Assembly (NCBI RefSeq): GCF_001194135.2 | Contig: NC_068991.1 | Coordinates: forward strand, 9,471,929-9,535,928 | Reading direction: 5' to 3' | DNA: 64,000 nt | Source of the DNA: Octopus bimaculoides | Taxonomy: Eukaryota | Shown: positions 47,501 through 56,881 of the stretch, piece after piece | Position numbering within the stretch: position 1 is the first letter of the stretch | Layout of the letters: every line of letters begins with the position of its first letter | Position numbers and translations under genes: made by a program | The notes under the pieces: model-generated | Seen by the model: only the letters and a program-made list of their open reading frames with translations | Told to the model about the DNA's origin: nothing | Database searches by the model: none

Positions 47501-50500
47501 AATCTTCAAAAGCATTAGCTGATCTCATGGAGAAGGAGAATGGCAATAGAGATATCAGGGAAAACCCTAACAAATACCTGCACCACCACCACCCACATCA
47601 CCACCACCCACAACAACAACCACAACACCCACCAACACCGCCACAGCAACAACCTCAGCAGCAGACTTTGAATATTGCACACCAAGCTTATAGAAATAAT
47701 ATGCGGCCCCCAATTCACACTCCAAACATACCACCAGGTTTCTCTATAGGTCATTTACAACAGCTGCAGCAGCAAATAAAGCAGCAACACCATCAACAGC
47801 AGCAGCAGCAGCAACAACAGCAACAACAGCAGCAGCAGCAGCAACAACAGCAGCAGCATCAACAGTTACATCAACAGATGTTCCGACAAGGTCTGTTCCT
47901 CAAACTCGTTAATTAGTTTGTTTCATCGTTGAGATTGATTTTTTTTTCTTTTCTGAGATTGATATCTGTCATGTTATTGTCCATAAAGAGGTGCAATTTG
48001 TGAAGTGATTGAAATCCAATCCTTGACCTACAGCTTAGGCCATACACACACGCATGCACACATGCATATACACACATACATACACACACATATGCATATA
48101 TATACACACACCATTTGAGCGTGGCCATTGCCAGTACCGCCTGACTGGCCCTCGTGCTGGTGGCACGTAAAAGCACCCACTACACTCTCGGAGTGGTTGG
48201 CGTTAGGAAGGGCATCCAGCTGTAGAAACTCTGCCAGATCAGATTGGAGCCTGGTGCAGCCATCTGGCTCGCCAGCCCTCAGTGAAACCGTCCAACCCAT
48301 GCTAGCATGGAAAGCGGACGTTAAACGATGATGATGATATCACTTAGATTGCTGATATGTAAAGATAGCACCAAAATATCACTGACTTTCTCCAAGTCTT
48401 AATCCCTCTCTCTCAATAATAATAAATAAATCATTAGTAGGAGTGGCTGTGTGGTAAGTAGCTTGCTTACCAACCACATGGTTCCGGGTTCAGTCCCACT
48501 GCGTGGCACCTTGGGCAAGTGTCTTCTACTATAGCCTCGGGCCGACCAAAGCCTTGTGAGTGGATTTGGTAGACGGAAACTGAAAGAAGCCTGTCGTATA
48601 TATGTGTATATATGTATGTGTGTGTATATGTTTGCGTGTCTGTGTTTGTCCCCCCCCAACATCGCTTGACAACCGATTCTGGTGTGTTTACGTCCCCGTA
48701 ACTTAGCGGTTCGGCAAAAGAGCGATAGAATAAGTACTAGGCTTACAAAGAATAAGTCCTGGGGTCGATTTGCTCGACTAAAGGTGGTGCTCCAGCATGG
48801 CCACAGTCAAATGACTGAAACAAGTAAAAGAGTAAAAGAGTAAATATAGCCAAATTCTAACTCACTGCTTGAAATGCTGTGATGCTCAAAAATCAAGGGG
48901 AGATAAATCAAAAGAAATTCACTTGATAAAATGCAAAAAAAAAAAAAAAACCCCAGAAAACTACATGGGACAAACAGGAAGTTTTTTCTTAAATGAAGTT
49001 GAACTTTGTCCCTTACACTGAAGAGTGCGTAATTCCTGTTTTTTTTTCCTTCTCTGCCCCCAAACAACACTATTTGAGTTTGGATTATGTGCTGTTCCGG
49101 ACTTGGCCACAGTTGTGGTTACATGCCAGACTTTCGATCAAATATACAGATGTATAATTATACTTTGTATAGGCATGTGATTTTGAACTCCCACTCAATG
49201 TCAATTCATATTTTTGTAACTATCACCCTTATATATATATAAATTACACATACACACACACCGATCCAAAATTTGCAGGTAATAAAACAATGCAATTTAG
49301 GAATGGATCTTCTCTCTAACCCTTTATTGGTATTGGTGTTAACTTAGTGGTGGTGCTCTAGCATGGCTACAGTCAAATGACAGACACAAGTTATACATAT
49401 ATATATATGAGGGAACCCGTGGAAGAGGTAGGCCCAGGAAGACCTGGGCTGAGGTGGTGAGGCAAGACCTTCGTACATTGGGCCTCACCGAGGCGATGAC
49501 TACGGACCGAGACCTTTGGAAATGGGCTGTGCGTGAGAAGACCCGGCAAGCCAAGTAAGATCGTTGCCAGTGCCGCTGGACTGGTTCTTGTGCGGTTGGC
49601 ACATGAGATGCACCATTTTGAGCGTGGCCGTTGCCAGTACCGCCTGACTGGCTCCTGTAGGANNNNNNNNNNNNNNNNNNNNNNNNNNNNNNNNNNNNNN
49701 NNNNNNNNNNNNCTGGCTTGTGCGGGTGGCACATAAAAGACACCATTTCGAGCGTGGCTGTTTTCGTGCGGGTGACACGTAAAAGCACCCACTACACTCT
49801 CTGAGTGGTTGGCGTTAGGAAGGGCATCCAGCTGTAGAAACTCTGCCAAATCAGACTGGAGCCTGGTGTTGCCATCCGGTTTCACCAGTCCTCAGTCAAA
49901 TCGTCCAACCCATGCTAGCATGGAAAGCGGACGTTAAACGATGATGATGATGATGATGATATATATATATATATACACACACACACCTTTTTAATTAAAC
50001 AACACAGTGGAATCACCGTAAGCTTAGATAATAAATTACGATAGGTGAACTGCAATATGGCAAAGGATTATGTCAAATTTTCCCATACTGACAGAAAAAT
50101 CTAACCAAACCAATGAAGTTCACTGAGTTTGTCTGCCATATCATTTTGCATGATTTTATCTGTTCCCTACTTCCCCCTACATTTTCTTTCAAATATTTAC
50201 ACCTATATTCAATTAGTCAGATCTTTTTGTTTCATTTTATTTAATCAGAGCTCGTTATAGAATTCATATATTTTCATTGTATGTTCATTATACAGCTAAT
50301 TTTATGAATTCTTTTTTTTTTGTAATTGTTCCATAATTTGTGAAGGTTTCCGCTTTCAATATATTACGACTCTGCTTTCAATATTCACTTTTCCTCCTTG
50401 TTTGCACTTGTGCCTTCTATCTTCACCTCACTCATTCTGTTACTGCCATTATATTCTAACTCCTTTTACTGACCCATTTTTAGCTCCTTCCAATGTCATC

Positions 50501-53500
50501 ACCCCCTCCCCTTTAATTCTGTCACATTACCTTGAGTGAATGTACTCGTCTTAGAGCTTTGAGTACTTTTACAATGTACTTAGCTCTTCTAATGTCATTA
50601 CCCCCTCCCCTTTAATTCTGTCACATTACCTTGAGTGAATGTACTCGTCTTAGAGCTTTGAGTACATTTACAATGTACTCCTTGTTACCATGAAATGCAC
50701 CCAATGCACTCTGCAAGAGTGACTGACAGCAAGCAGGAAAAAAAAGTTTAAGAGGTATCTTTAATCCTGTTGAAGACTTGATAACCTCTGTAGTACTGGT
50801 GCCATGATAAAAGGAACTCAGTATGCTTTGTAAAGTGGTTTTTAAATGAGTGGAGAGAGTGTAGGGCTGAGAGGACCCTTGAGTTTTGTCTTGCTAAGGA
50901 CACATCAATCATTTCTAGTGCTGGTACACCATGAAATGCATCCAGTACACCCTGCAAAGTGTTTGGTGTTCCACAACTTGGGGCTCATCTGGACCTGTGT
51001 TGTGGCAATGATTTGCTGATGGTAATAAGGATATGATTTGTTGGCTTGGTCATTAACTCAACCAAATCACAATTATTCATTAAATATGAATGCACACCCT
51101 CTGATGGACAGGTCATTGCAATAATTGTACTTTCGCCCTATAGTAACAATAAATATTTGTTCAAATATTGTGAGGTTTGAAAGCAAACTGCTTGTCTTAC
51201 TCTAATTGTTCTCTCTATAATAATAATAATAATAATAATAAAAAAACATTGTTTGTTTGAAGTGTTTGTAATTTAGAAATGCTTTTTTTTCCTTTTCTGT
51301 AGAATTCAATAGTGGCAAAGTGGTGGAATATATTTACAACCAACCAAAATTACCTCAACAGCCTGTGCAGAATTCTTTTCATACAGTCTTACCAGAAATG
51401 CATCTCCAGGGTAAAGAGCAGCTGATGCAAAACAGTTCACAAGTAAGTCAATTTAACTTTAGAGCCTTGACTATTTTTTACATTGAAAAGATGTGAATCA
51501 TAGTTTTCACGGAATTATAGTGTTTGATGAAAGTTTATCGGTTTTGGTTCACTCTGATAGCAAATCTATTGCAGTTTCCCAGTATTTAAGTTAGGCTTCC
51601 TTTTGAAGTTATTTTATAAAGATAGTATTGTATAAAGGTAATTTTTGATTATCAAGTTTTATTTTATTTGATGGACTCTCCTACAAATTTTGACTTGATT
51701 GTTCATTTTTATGATTAACTGGAGACCCTACTCATTGAGTTAGCTTGCAGTGGCTGAATATTCCTCAGACACAAGTACTTTTAGTGTAATTCTCAAGTAG
51801 AAACAGCTTGATATATCAGGATAAGGTTAGAATTTTGAATTACAAATACATTTCATCTGATGGATTTCTATGGTTTGCATCTACCCAAATTCACTCATAA
51901 CATATGAGAATGAGTTAATTTGAGGCGATGGTAAAGGCTCCTGCTCAAGATACAACACAGTGGGATCAAACTCTGAACCTTGTTGTTGTCGTCAAATGAA
52001 TCTCTTAACCACTCGTCTATGTGTGTGCCCCTTATTTTCTAAAATTGATGTTGCAGAGTCATGTGTGATCTTGTTTGTGGATGTTTGACCCAAGACTACT
52101 GAGAAAGGTTTCGAGGCAAAATTTATAATAGCCATAATCCAATCAGTGTAACGTAGATTATTTAACAGTATTTACTCAGATAATGATGAGAGAACACATA
52201 GTAAGTGTAGTTTAATATGGAATTTCATTACATTTAGATTGTTGACTCTAAGTCAAATGTCACATTTTAAATGGCTGTGATTACCTTCTCTTTATATGAT
52301 ATTGTTAAATATATAATTTTTGTCATCATCATCATCATCAAATACTGTAATATAAATATAATTACATAAATCTTCTCTATCCTCTATTTGGTCAATTGTT
52401 GTATGACCATTGCACTTCCACTAATGTATGTTTTTTTATTGTCTCTCAGCACGATGGTTTTCATCTGAAAGATCTACAAGATGGCTTGCGGGCCTTATTG
52501 CCAAATATCAACATAAGCTTTGGTGCATCTCCATCCCAACCACCTCCCCCACAGCAGCAGCCCTCCTCCTCTACACCGTGTACCGTACAACAGTCACAAA
52601 ATAACCCTACTCAAAAAAGTAAGTATCAAGCGCTGTAGAAACTATTTTTGGTATTTTGATTCTGTTTAGATTTTATTTGCATATCTGTGCATAATAATTT
52701 TTTTGTGAATTTTAGAGTACTAGGTCACGTGTACAATCTTTTACATACCTGAGGTAATTCCATGTATGGATGCCTCAACGTTCATAAAAAATCTCATGCA
52801 CAGTTGTCAAACTTTCAGGGTGTTCAGTTAGAAATAGGTTTATCAAAAGATCATGTTTAGGTGATATCTTGGGGATTTAACAAAGAGGGCATGGGTGCAT
52901 TTGGTATTCATTAGTTTAAGAGGTAAAAATCTGCCATGTTTAAATTGGGAGTGGGTTGTATAAGGTAGTTTGACATGGCATTTTGTTAAGTTGTAGATTT
53001 CTCGATTTGACATTTTTTTTTTTCTTTTATGGATTATTTCATGTTTCCATAATGACATTGGTATACTTGTTCACAGTAATCACGAAAAGGAAGAGGCATG
53101 GAAGTGGCTTTGCAAGACACAGGGGTCACTTGTTTTGAATGCAGCCAACAAAAGGACCTAATCTTGAAGACAAATGGATGGTAGTGAGTAAAGTCATGAA
53201 GCTGAAAAAAGTTTAAGGATGTTTAGGGATAAGTTGCTGTTAATTTTGGATGTGTAGGCATTTCACCAGTTACTTATTCAATCAGATTATGCTGGAAGGT
53301 GCTGTAATAGCTGCAGCAAGGCCTCAACTTAATAGATTGAGTCATGAAAGGTGGTAGTCATAGAAATGTTGTTGAAAAATAGTGACATGATATCCACTTT
53401 AGGTTTTGCATATAGATATCAAATTTTAGATATGTCTTGTAAAACACCTTTGATGGGATGTGCATGGCAGAAAGCCAGCAATACCATTTTTGACAGAATC

Positions 53501-56362
53501 CTATATATTGCTTTATTTAGATAATGAAGATGGGTGTGGATGAATGGCTCATAGGGGAGCTGTGAGACCACATATATTGGAGCTAAAAGAAGGAGTGGTT
53601 AGAATGTAATAGTATTAAATTACAGGTAGTTGTTATTGTACTGCTTGAATTGGGTTTATTGGATGAAGTGTATAAATATAGTTACCCAAGAGATATTGAT
53701 ACTGGAAATAGAGCAAATGTACAAACAAGATGTAAGAAGTTTGAAGTCCTGTTAGTTATTGGTAATAAAGGGTTTTCTCTATAAAATGTAAATTACCTGA
53801 AGCATGTGTCAGAAATGCGTGCTATTCATTGGATGTATATAGTATGACAAGAAATGTTCAACACATCTAAGTTGAGAAAGACTTTGAATGGAGTGGTTAG
53901 CTCACAGCTGAGAATATTGGACATATGACATGGAATCAACATACATTGAGATGACATATTGCAAGATCTATCCAACCTATTTCACCTGGTTTAAAAAAGG
54001 CAAACCCAAAACAAAAAACAAAAGAAATTTGTTAATTATTATGATAGTATTTCAGTATAATGAAGGCTGTATAAGATGACTTTCAGCATTTCCATTTAGA
54101 ATGTAGTTTGGTTTTGAGCTCTAATTAAAGATTACCTGTCAGTATATTTTACAACAGGAGGTTACAAGTGTTAGCATAAGAGACTCTTTCACAAGATGGA
54201 CACACCATGTTTTGATATACATTGAACCTAAACCAACACTTGTAGTATACAGATGCATATAGATTATCAAAGTGATAAATGGTTTCTACTTGGTCATAAG
54301 GGTGATATTCTAGCAGTAACTGAGGTATATTCTACCACAGAGTTTATACCGCCTGCTTCAAATTCCTGCCGTATGGTTTTGATTATTAAAATTTTTCGGC
54401 AGTTCATTTCAAATAGTGACAAAATACTGTAAATCAATGATATAATAAGCATTGTGCTCAGCTCAGTTTGCTGTGCTGTTTATTTTAAGGTAGGTCAAAC
54501 AGGTTTATAATGCATTTTCTTTTTGTAATTTACCATTGATCCAGCTTCCCAAACAAATGTATTGTAAATTTCAGCAGCAAATTGAGTGATAAGACTTCAG
54601 GAGATCTGAGAGTAGTATTTAATTCTCCATCTTTAAAGTGTAAGATGTTTAAGTTCAAATTTTATACTTGACCATGGTTTAGGGGCAGTTTTTTTTCATT
54701 TTCTTTTTCCTCTTCTTTATCATTTTATTTTTCTGAAGTTCAGATTCTACTTTACACCAATGCATAAATGGTTATTCATTTTACAGGTAATTTCTCACAT
54801 ATGCCAGATAATCCACACTGGATGAAATCCATCCAACAACTGACAGAATTTGATTCACAAGGTCACACACACAGGCCTTTTGTACAGCATTTTCCGGTTA
54901 GAGGTCAGTATCAATGCCTTTTTTCCCATTTAGGTATGAATAACCACTGCTAAAAATTAAAATTTAATGTTGACCATACTCAGCTGAGAACCAAAAACAT
55001 TCATGTTTAGATAAACTTTTCTTTCTTTCTTTATTTTTTATAAAAATGTCCCTGAATTAATAAGAATTGTTTGATTCAGTCATAAGGTTATATTTGTTTG
55101 GATAAGCTGGTTCAGTCCTTACAGTTATATTTAAATTTCATTTTTCTTTTTTCTTGTTTTATTTGAACAATTCTGAATGGTGTGTTTATCACTGAGCATT
55201 TTCAAATTGCAGGTACTGGCTGGGTACCACAGACTCACAACCCTCCACCAGGCTTTCATACACAGATCCGACCCCCAACTCAGACTACAGAACCACATAA
55301 GATGACTGAGGGTAAACTATTTCGTTTGGACTACTCTTTTCTTTAAACCTTTATTTTGAATTAAGGTGTTGAATATGAACAAAATTTAGCTTTAATCTGT
55401 TAGCTCTTGATATGGCAACTGTCTCTTCTAAGTTTGCTGCAATCTAGTTGGTGTTTAGCTCTGCAAGTTTATTCTTCATTTGACTTCAGAAAATGCTATG
55501 GTAATGTTATTATACTGCATTAAGAGCAGCTGATTGAACTTAGAAATTGTTTATAAAGCTTTGGTAGGCAGTACTGGTCTTAAGCCATTGACAACACTTA
55601 TTTTATATTCTGAACAGTTTTAACGGTTTATCATGTGCATTGTGTAGACAGATGTATTTTATTCTTGAGGGATTTAGGTTCAAGGAAGAACATGGTATAT
55701 AAAAAAGAATCCCTGCTTTAATATAGACACTTCTTTCTGAACATGTCTGGCTAGAATGTTGTGAAAGGGGACTAATAGATTATCTAAAATTACTTTTAAT
55801 TTGCCAACACATTTTATTTGTTTGTAGGAATTCTATATGCTCAGTATATGAGGGTGTAGAATTTACTGCAGGCGTGTCAAACTCTATAGACTTTGCTGGC
55901 CAGAGTGAAGCCTAAATCGGATTTCACATGCCGAATTGATGTATAATCTAGATTTTATAGGCTGGTTAAGGACAATGATTCTTTAAGACTCTATTCATTG
56001 TGTAGGCCTAAATAAATGAATAAAGGAATCAGAGTACATTGTAACAACTTTAATAAGAATGAAGAAAGGAAAGAATGAGATGTTAAAGGTTGTGTGTGTA
56101 GATGTGTATGCAAAAAAAAAAAAAAAAAAAAAAAATCAGTATGGTATGTATACAAAGTCCTTGGAGTGCGAAGAGATAAAAAATTGCCCAAACAAATCCG
56201 TGCAGTTCTTGAGAAGACCAATACTTGATGGAAAGCTTTTAACTGCAAAACTTTTCACATCACTAAAAGTATGGTAAACATTCTTGTCCAAAATACTAAG
56301 CAGTGGAATTATATCCAAGGCCTCACGATTGTGAAGTGAACTAAACTACTCAGCTATGTGTA

Positions 56363-56399
<37 letters not shown>

Positions 56400-56881
56400 A
56401 ACCATTAACATCCGTGTTCCATGCTGGCATAGTTTGGATGGTTTGACAAAGATCCAGTGAACCAAGGACTGCATTGTACACCAGTGTCTGCTTTGGTATG
56501 GTCTGGATGCCCTTCCTAATACCTGCCAGTTTACAGTGTATACTTGGTGCTTTTTTCATGCCACCTGCACTATTGAAGTTACCATGTAGCTCAACAAACT
56601 AAGAGAAGGAATATGTTTCTTCCGTCAATTAGTTGGGTTCTTAAGGTGTGAGAGAAGAGGTCAGAGTAGAGCAGGTTTTCCGACATTCACCCTCTCTACC
56701 TCACTTCCTCTTAGCCTTATACGTATTTATCCACCCCCAGTCAGATGTTGTAGGACCCAACTTATCAAACACAGGTGCCTTCTCTATCCCTTAAGTAAAT
56801 CTCCTTAACCCTTGATGATACTAACCAAGACAGCTGTCTTTCAACTCTGTCCCTTTGTTCTGCTTTTCAGGTTTACAATGA
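24170..56881 (+). CDS. CNOT4: CCR4-NOT transcription complex subunit 4 (RING E3 ubiquitin ligase), 18 coding exons, 859 aa predicted
   Basis: Hand-joined exons: 24170-24193, 25641-25709, 34434-34499, 36218-36264, 38967-39056, 40553-40700, 41570-41734, 42602-42669, 42865-42963, 44372-44830, 45744-46021, 47195-47317, 47483-47890, 51303-51442, 52450-52618, 54787-54903, 55213-55311, 56871-56881. Total 2580 nt, all GT-AG, phases consistent. Translation shows CNOT4 hallmarks: CPLCMDPLEIDD..CTCGYQICRFCWHRIRTDENGLCPACRK, RVVQKNLVFVVGLSQRLA, SLGTTKYC, DCMYLHELG, DWQAAFGF..DDDLGFDP, DGLRALLPNINISFG. Confidence 0.96.
24420..25200 (+). mobile_element. Internally deleted Tc1/mariner (DDxD, maT-like) transposon relic in the first coding intron
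   Basis: HTH-like IRTLEFIQQVQ..NPRKSMKSIAKDLHVSEGTVR; catalytic-end motif WPPNSPDLNPLDYYMWS at 24879; right end ...TGCACACTGTA+TA. Confidence 0.88.
25641..25709 (+). CDS. CNOT4: CNOT4 coding exon 2, N-terminal half of C4C4 RING (CPLCMDPLEIDDKNFFPCTCGYQ)
   Basis: TTTTCAG acceptor, CAG|GTAAGT donor, 69 nt, phase 0-0. Confidence 0.97.
26440..26828 (-). mobile_element. SINE family 1 variant with alternative tail
   Basis: Reverse head CTTCTCAATCACACAGCCAC, AGAAGACACTTGCCCAAGG; body shared with 5440-5815. Confidence 0.78.
29510..29830 (+). mobile_element. SINE family 1, diverged
   Basis: Colinear motifs CCCACTGTGTGCCAC, GCTTGACAACTGGTGTT, AACTTAGTGGTTC. Confidence 0.7.
29935..30280 (-). mobile_element. 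SINE family 1, diverged, inverted relative to 29510-29830
   Basis: TTTCAGCCATTGGACTGTGGCCATGCTGGAGC and GCTTACCCAAGGTGCCATGC. Confidence 0.75.
30316..30405 (-). pseudogene. tRNA-like pseudogene with apparent TAT anticodon and an approximately 12-nt intron-like insert
   Basis: Minus strand: GCTCAGTTGAAAGAGC (D arm), TCAGA-CT-TAT-G[agttagagagta]A-TCCGA (anticodon arm), GCAGGTTCAAACTGC (short T arm); acceptor stem poor; oligo-T downstream. Confidence 0.55.
30506..30515. other. Assembly gap after (GA)n
   Basis: 10 N. Confidence 0.99.
31790..32101 (+). mobile_element. RTE LINE 3' UTR fragment, young, runs into gap
   Basis: AAAAGCACCCACTACACTCTTGGAGTGGTTGGCGTTAGGAAGGGCA, homologous to 49409-49960. 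Confidence 0.85.
32102..32294. other. Assembly gap
   Basis: N run. Confidence 0.99.
32797..33010 (+). mobile_element. tRNA-derived SINE family 2, young copy
   Basis: A-box-like TGGCAGAATCG, B-box-like GAGTTCAAATTCC, body CTTTGCCTTTCATCCTTTCGGGGTCGATAAATTAAGTACCAG. Confidence 0.88.
33030..33390 (-). mobile_element. SINE family 1
   Basis: AAGACACTTGCCCAAGATGC...CTTCTTAACCACACAGCCATG. Confidence 0.78.
34434..34499 (+). CDS. CNOT4: CNOT4 coding exon 3, C-terminal half of RING (ICRFCWHRIRTDENGLCPACRK)
   Basis: TTTTACAG acceptor, AAG|GTATGT donor, 66 nt, phase 0-0. Confidence 0.97.
34876..35500. mobile_element. Stacked repeats: MITE A fragment, SINE family 3 (about 34968-35110, +), pogo/Tigger-like end (about 35168-35228), RTE 3' UTR (about 35229-35500, -)
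   Basis: Each segment matches other copies in the window, except the Tigger-like end, which is judged from TIR resemblance only. Confidence 0.7.
35745..35982. other. Assembly gap
   Basis: N run. Confidence 0.99.
36218..36264 (+). CDS. CNOT4: CNOT4 coding exon 4 (QYPEDPAEFKPLTEDE)
   Basis: ATTTCAG acceptor, GA|GTAAGT donor, 47 nt, phase 0-2; matches the YPEDPA.YKPL motif. Confidence 0.95.
38967..39056 (+). CDS. CNOT4: CNOT4 coding exon 5, basic coiled coil (LHRIKKEKRQKDLQRKQKAAENRKHLANVR)
   Basis: CTGTAG acceptor, AG|GTAGGT donor, 90 nt, phase 2-2. Confidence 0.95.
40553..40700 (+). CDS. CNOT4: CNOT4 coding exon 6, RRM N-terminal part (VVQKNLVFVVGLSQRLAEP...YAGAQ)
   Basis: TTTCAG acceptor, CAG|GTATGT donor, 148 nt, phase 2-0. 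Confidence 0.97.
41570..41734 (+). CDS. CNOT4: CNOT4 coding exon 7, RRM C-terminal part and start of C3H1 zinc finger (GPSASAYVTY...SLGTTKYCSHFLKGAQCPKS)
   Basis: TTGCAG acceptor, TCA|GTAAGT donor, 165 nt, phase 0-0. Confidence 0.97.
42602..42669 (+). CDS. CNOT4: CNOT4 coding exon 8, end of C3H1 zinc finger (DCMYLHELGEEAASFTKEEMQMG)
   Basis: Polypyrimidine tract and GCAG acceptor, GG|GTAAGT donor, 68 nt, phase 0-2. Confidence 0.96.
42865..42963 (+). CDS. CNOT4: CNOT4 coding exon 9 (KHQEYEQKLLEQFMN...KTITSR)
   Basis: CTTCAG acceptor, AG|GTAAGT donor, 99 nt, phase 2-2; GKHQEYEQKLL is conserved in CNOT4. Confidence 0.93.
43150..43373. mobile_element. TTAA-flanked MITE family B
   Basis: TTAA|ACCTTTCCTTACC ... 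GGTAACAAAAGGG|TTAA; body similar to 43966-44185. Confidence 0.72.
43966..44185. mobile_element. MITE family B, diverged
   Basis: TTTCTGTTGAAATA..CTTTTG.T..A body shared with 43150-43373. Confidence 0.62.
44372..44830 (+). CDS. CNOT4: CNOT4 coding exon 10, Ser/Thr-rich low-complexity region with a 15-Ser run
   Basis: Long open frame, AAG/TAG tandem acceptor (start 44369 or 44372), AT|GTAAGT donor, phase 2-2; sequence itself is not conserved. Confidence 0.8.
45110..45310 (+). mobile_element. SINE family 2
   Basis: GCTTGCAGAATTGTTAGC...GTTGACTTTGCCGTTCGTCCTTTTGGGATCGATAAAATAAG. Confidence 0.78.
45310..45490. repeat. Long near-perfect inverted repeat: 82-bp arms, 17-nt spacer, 4 mismatches (foldback MITE-like)
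   Basis: Left arm 45310-45391 versus reverse complement of 45409-45490, compared base by base. Confidence 0.95.
45744..46021 (+). CDS. CNOT4: CNOT4 coding exon 11 (VENYSNGSIDSP...FFSGNGF...IQHST)
   Basis: CTACAG acceptor, G|GTGAGG donor, 278 nt open, phase 2-1 fits both neighbours. Confidence 0.8.
46055..46265 (+). mobile_element. SINE family 2
   Basis: TTCTGAGTTCAAATTCTACCAAAGTTGACTTTGCC. Confidence 0.72.
46822..47018. mobile_element. TTAA-type MITE family B
   Basis: CCCTTTTGTTAC ... GTATCAAAAGGG|TTAA; reverse homologue of 61022-61229. Confidence 0.78.
47195..47317 (+). CDS. CNOT4: CNOT4 coding exon 12 (IPESLPSLEIPDTIPVTSATDWQAAFGFAPKSVDYQDDDLG)
   Basis: AACAG acceptor, G|GTAAGA donor, 123 nt, phase 1-1; conserved DWQAAFGF and DDLG. 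Confidence 0.92.
47483..47890 (+). CDS. CNOT4: CNOT4 coding exon 13 (FDPWNESSKALADLMEKE followed by His/Pro/Gln-rich region with a 21-Gln run)
   Basis: TTTCAG acceptor, G|GTCTGT donor, 408 nt, phase 1-1; conserved GFDP..KALADL.EKE and PPGF. Confidence 0.9.
47794..47856 (+). repeat. Coding CAG/CAA repeat, 21 Gln
   Basis: CAA CAG5 CAA2 CAG CAA2 CAG5 CAA2 CAG3, counted directly. Confidence 0.95.
48110..48338 (+). mobile_element. RTE LINE 3' UTR fragment, young, with (ATG)n tail
   Basis: GAGCGTGGCC...GGAAAGCGGACGTTAAACGATGATGATG. Confidence 0.88.
48437..48843 (+). mobile_element. SINE family 1, young full-length copy
   Basis: tRNA-like head, CORE-like GGCACCTTGGGCAAGTGTC, internal (TA/TG)n, (AAAAGAGT)2 tail. 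Confidence 0.92.
49409..49960 (+). mobile_element. 5'-truncated RTE-clade LINE: ORF2 C-terminus plus 3' UTR and (ATG)n tail
   Basis: 49409-49558 reads EGTRGRGRPRKTWAEVVRQDLRTLGLTEAMTTDRDLWKWAVREKTRQAK-stop, with the RGRP.KTW...V..DL...DR..W RTE signature; gap at 49663-49712. Confidence 0.9.
50481..50679. repeat. Tandem duplication, 100 bp + 99 bp
   Basis: TAGCTC...ACAATGTACT occurs twice with few differences. Confidence 0.95.
51303..51442 (+). CDS. CNOT4: CNOT4 coding exon 14 (FNSGKVVEYIYNQPKLPQQ...MQNSSQ)
   Basis: Strong polypyrimidine tract and TGTAG acceptor, CAA|GTAAGT donor, 140 nt open, phase 1-0 is required to join exons 13 and 15. Confidence 0.78.
51710..52025 (-). mobile_element. 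SINE family 1-like copy with a different tail
   Basis: CTACCCAAATTCACTCATA...CTCTTAACCACTC, reverse of the family-1 head. Confidence 0.55.
52450..52618 (+). CDS. CNOT4: CNOT4 coding exon 15, containing LQDGLRALLPNINISFG (CAF40/NOT-binding-type motif)
   Basis: CTCAG acceptor, A|GTAAGT donor, 169 nt, phase 0-1; motif resembles the conserved metazoan NOT4 C-terminal motif. Confidence 0.9.
54787..54903 (+). CDS. CNOT4: CNOT4 coding exon 16 (NFSHMPDNPHWMKSIQQLTEFD...PVRG)
   Basis: TTACAG acceptor, G|GTCAGT donor, 117 nt, phase 1-1; W.KS.Q.LTE motif. Confidence 0.85.
55213..55311 (+). CDS. CNOT4: CNOT4 coding exon 17 (TGWVPQTHNPPPGFHTQIRPPTQTTEPHKMTE)
   Basis: TTGCAG acceptor, G|GTAAAC donor, 99 nt, phase 1-1; PPPGF..RPP motif typical of the NOT4 C-terminus. 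Confidence 0.85.
55869..55975 (+). mobile_element. Possible hAT (Charlie-like) terminal fragment
   Basis: CAGGCGTGTCAAACTC resembles hAT-Charlie TIRs; partner end not found. Confidence 0.3.
56398..56575 (-). mobile_element. RTE LINE 3' UTR fragment, diverged
   Basis: TTCCATGCTGGCATAG...GGATGCCCTTCCTAATAC. Confidence 0.7.
56871..56881 (+). CDS. CNOT4: Putative CNOT4 terminal coding exon (GLQ-stop) followed by 3' UTR
   Basis: Strong acceptor CCCTTTGTTCTGCTTTTCAG; the phase 1 join gives GGT TTA CAA TGA. No homology support for so short a segment. Confidence 0.6.

Noticed and set aside
24194-56870. Minor-spliceosome (U12) or non-canonical introns in CNOT4
   Set aside because: All 17 donors are ordinary GT types; none matches GTATCCTT or ATATCCTT
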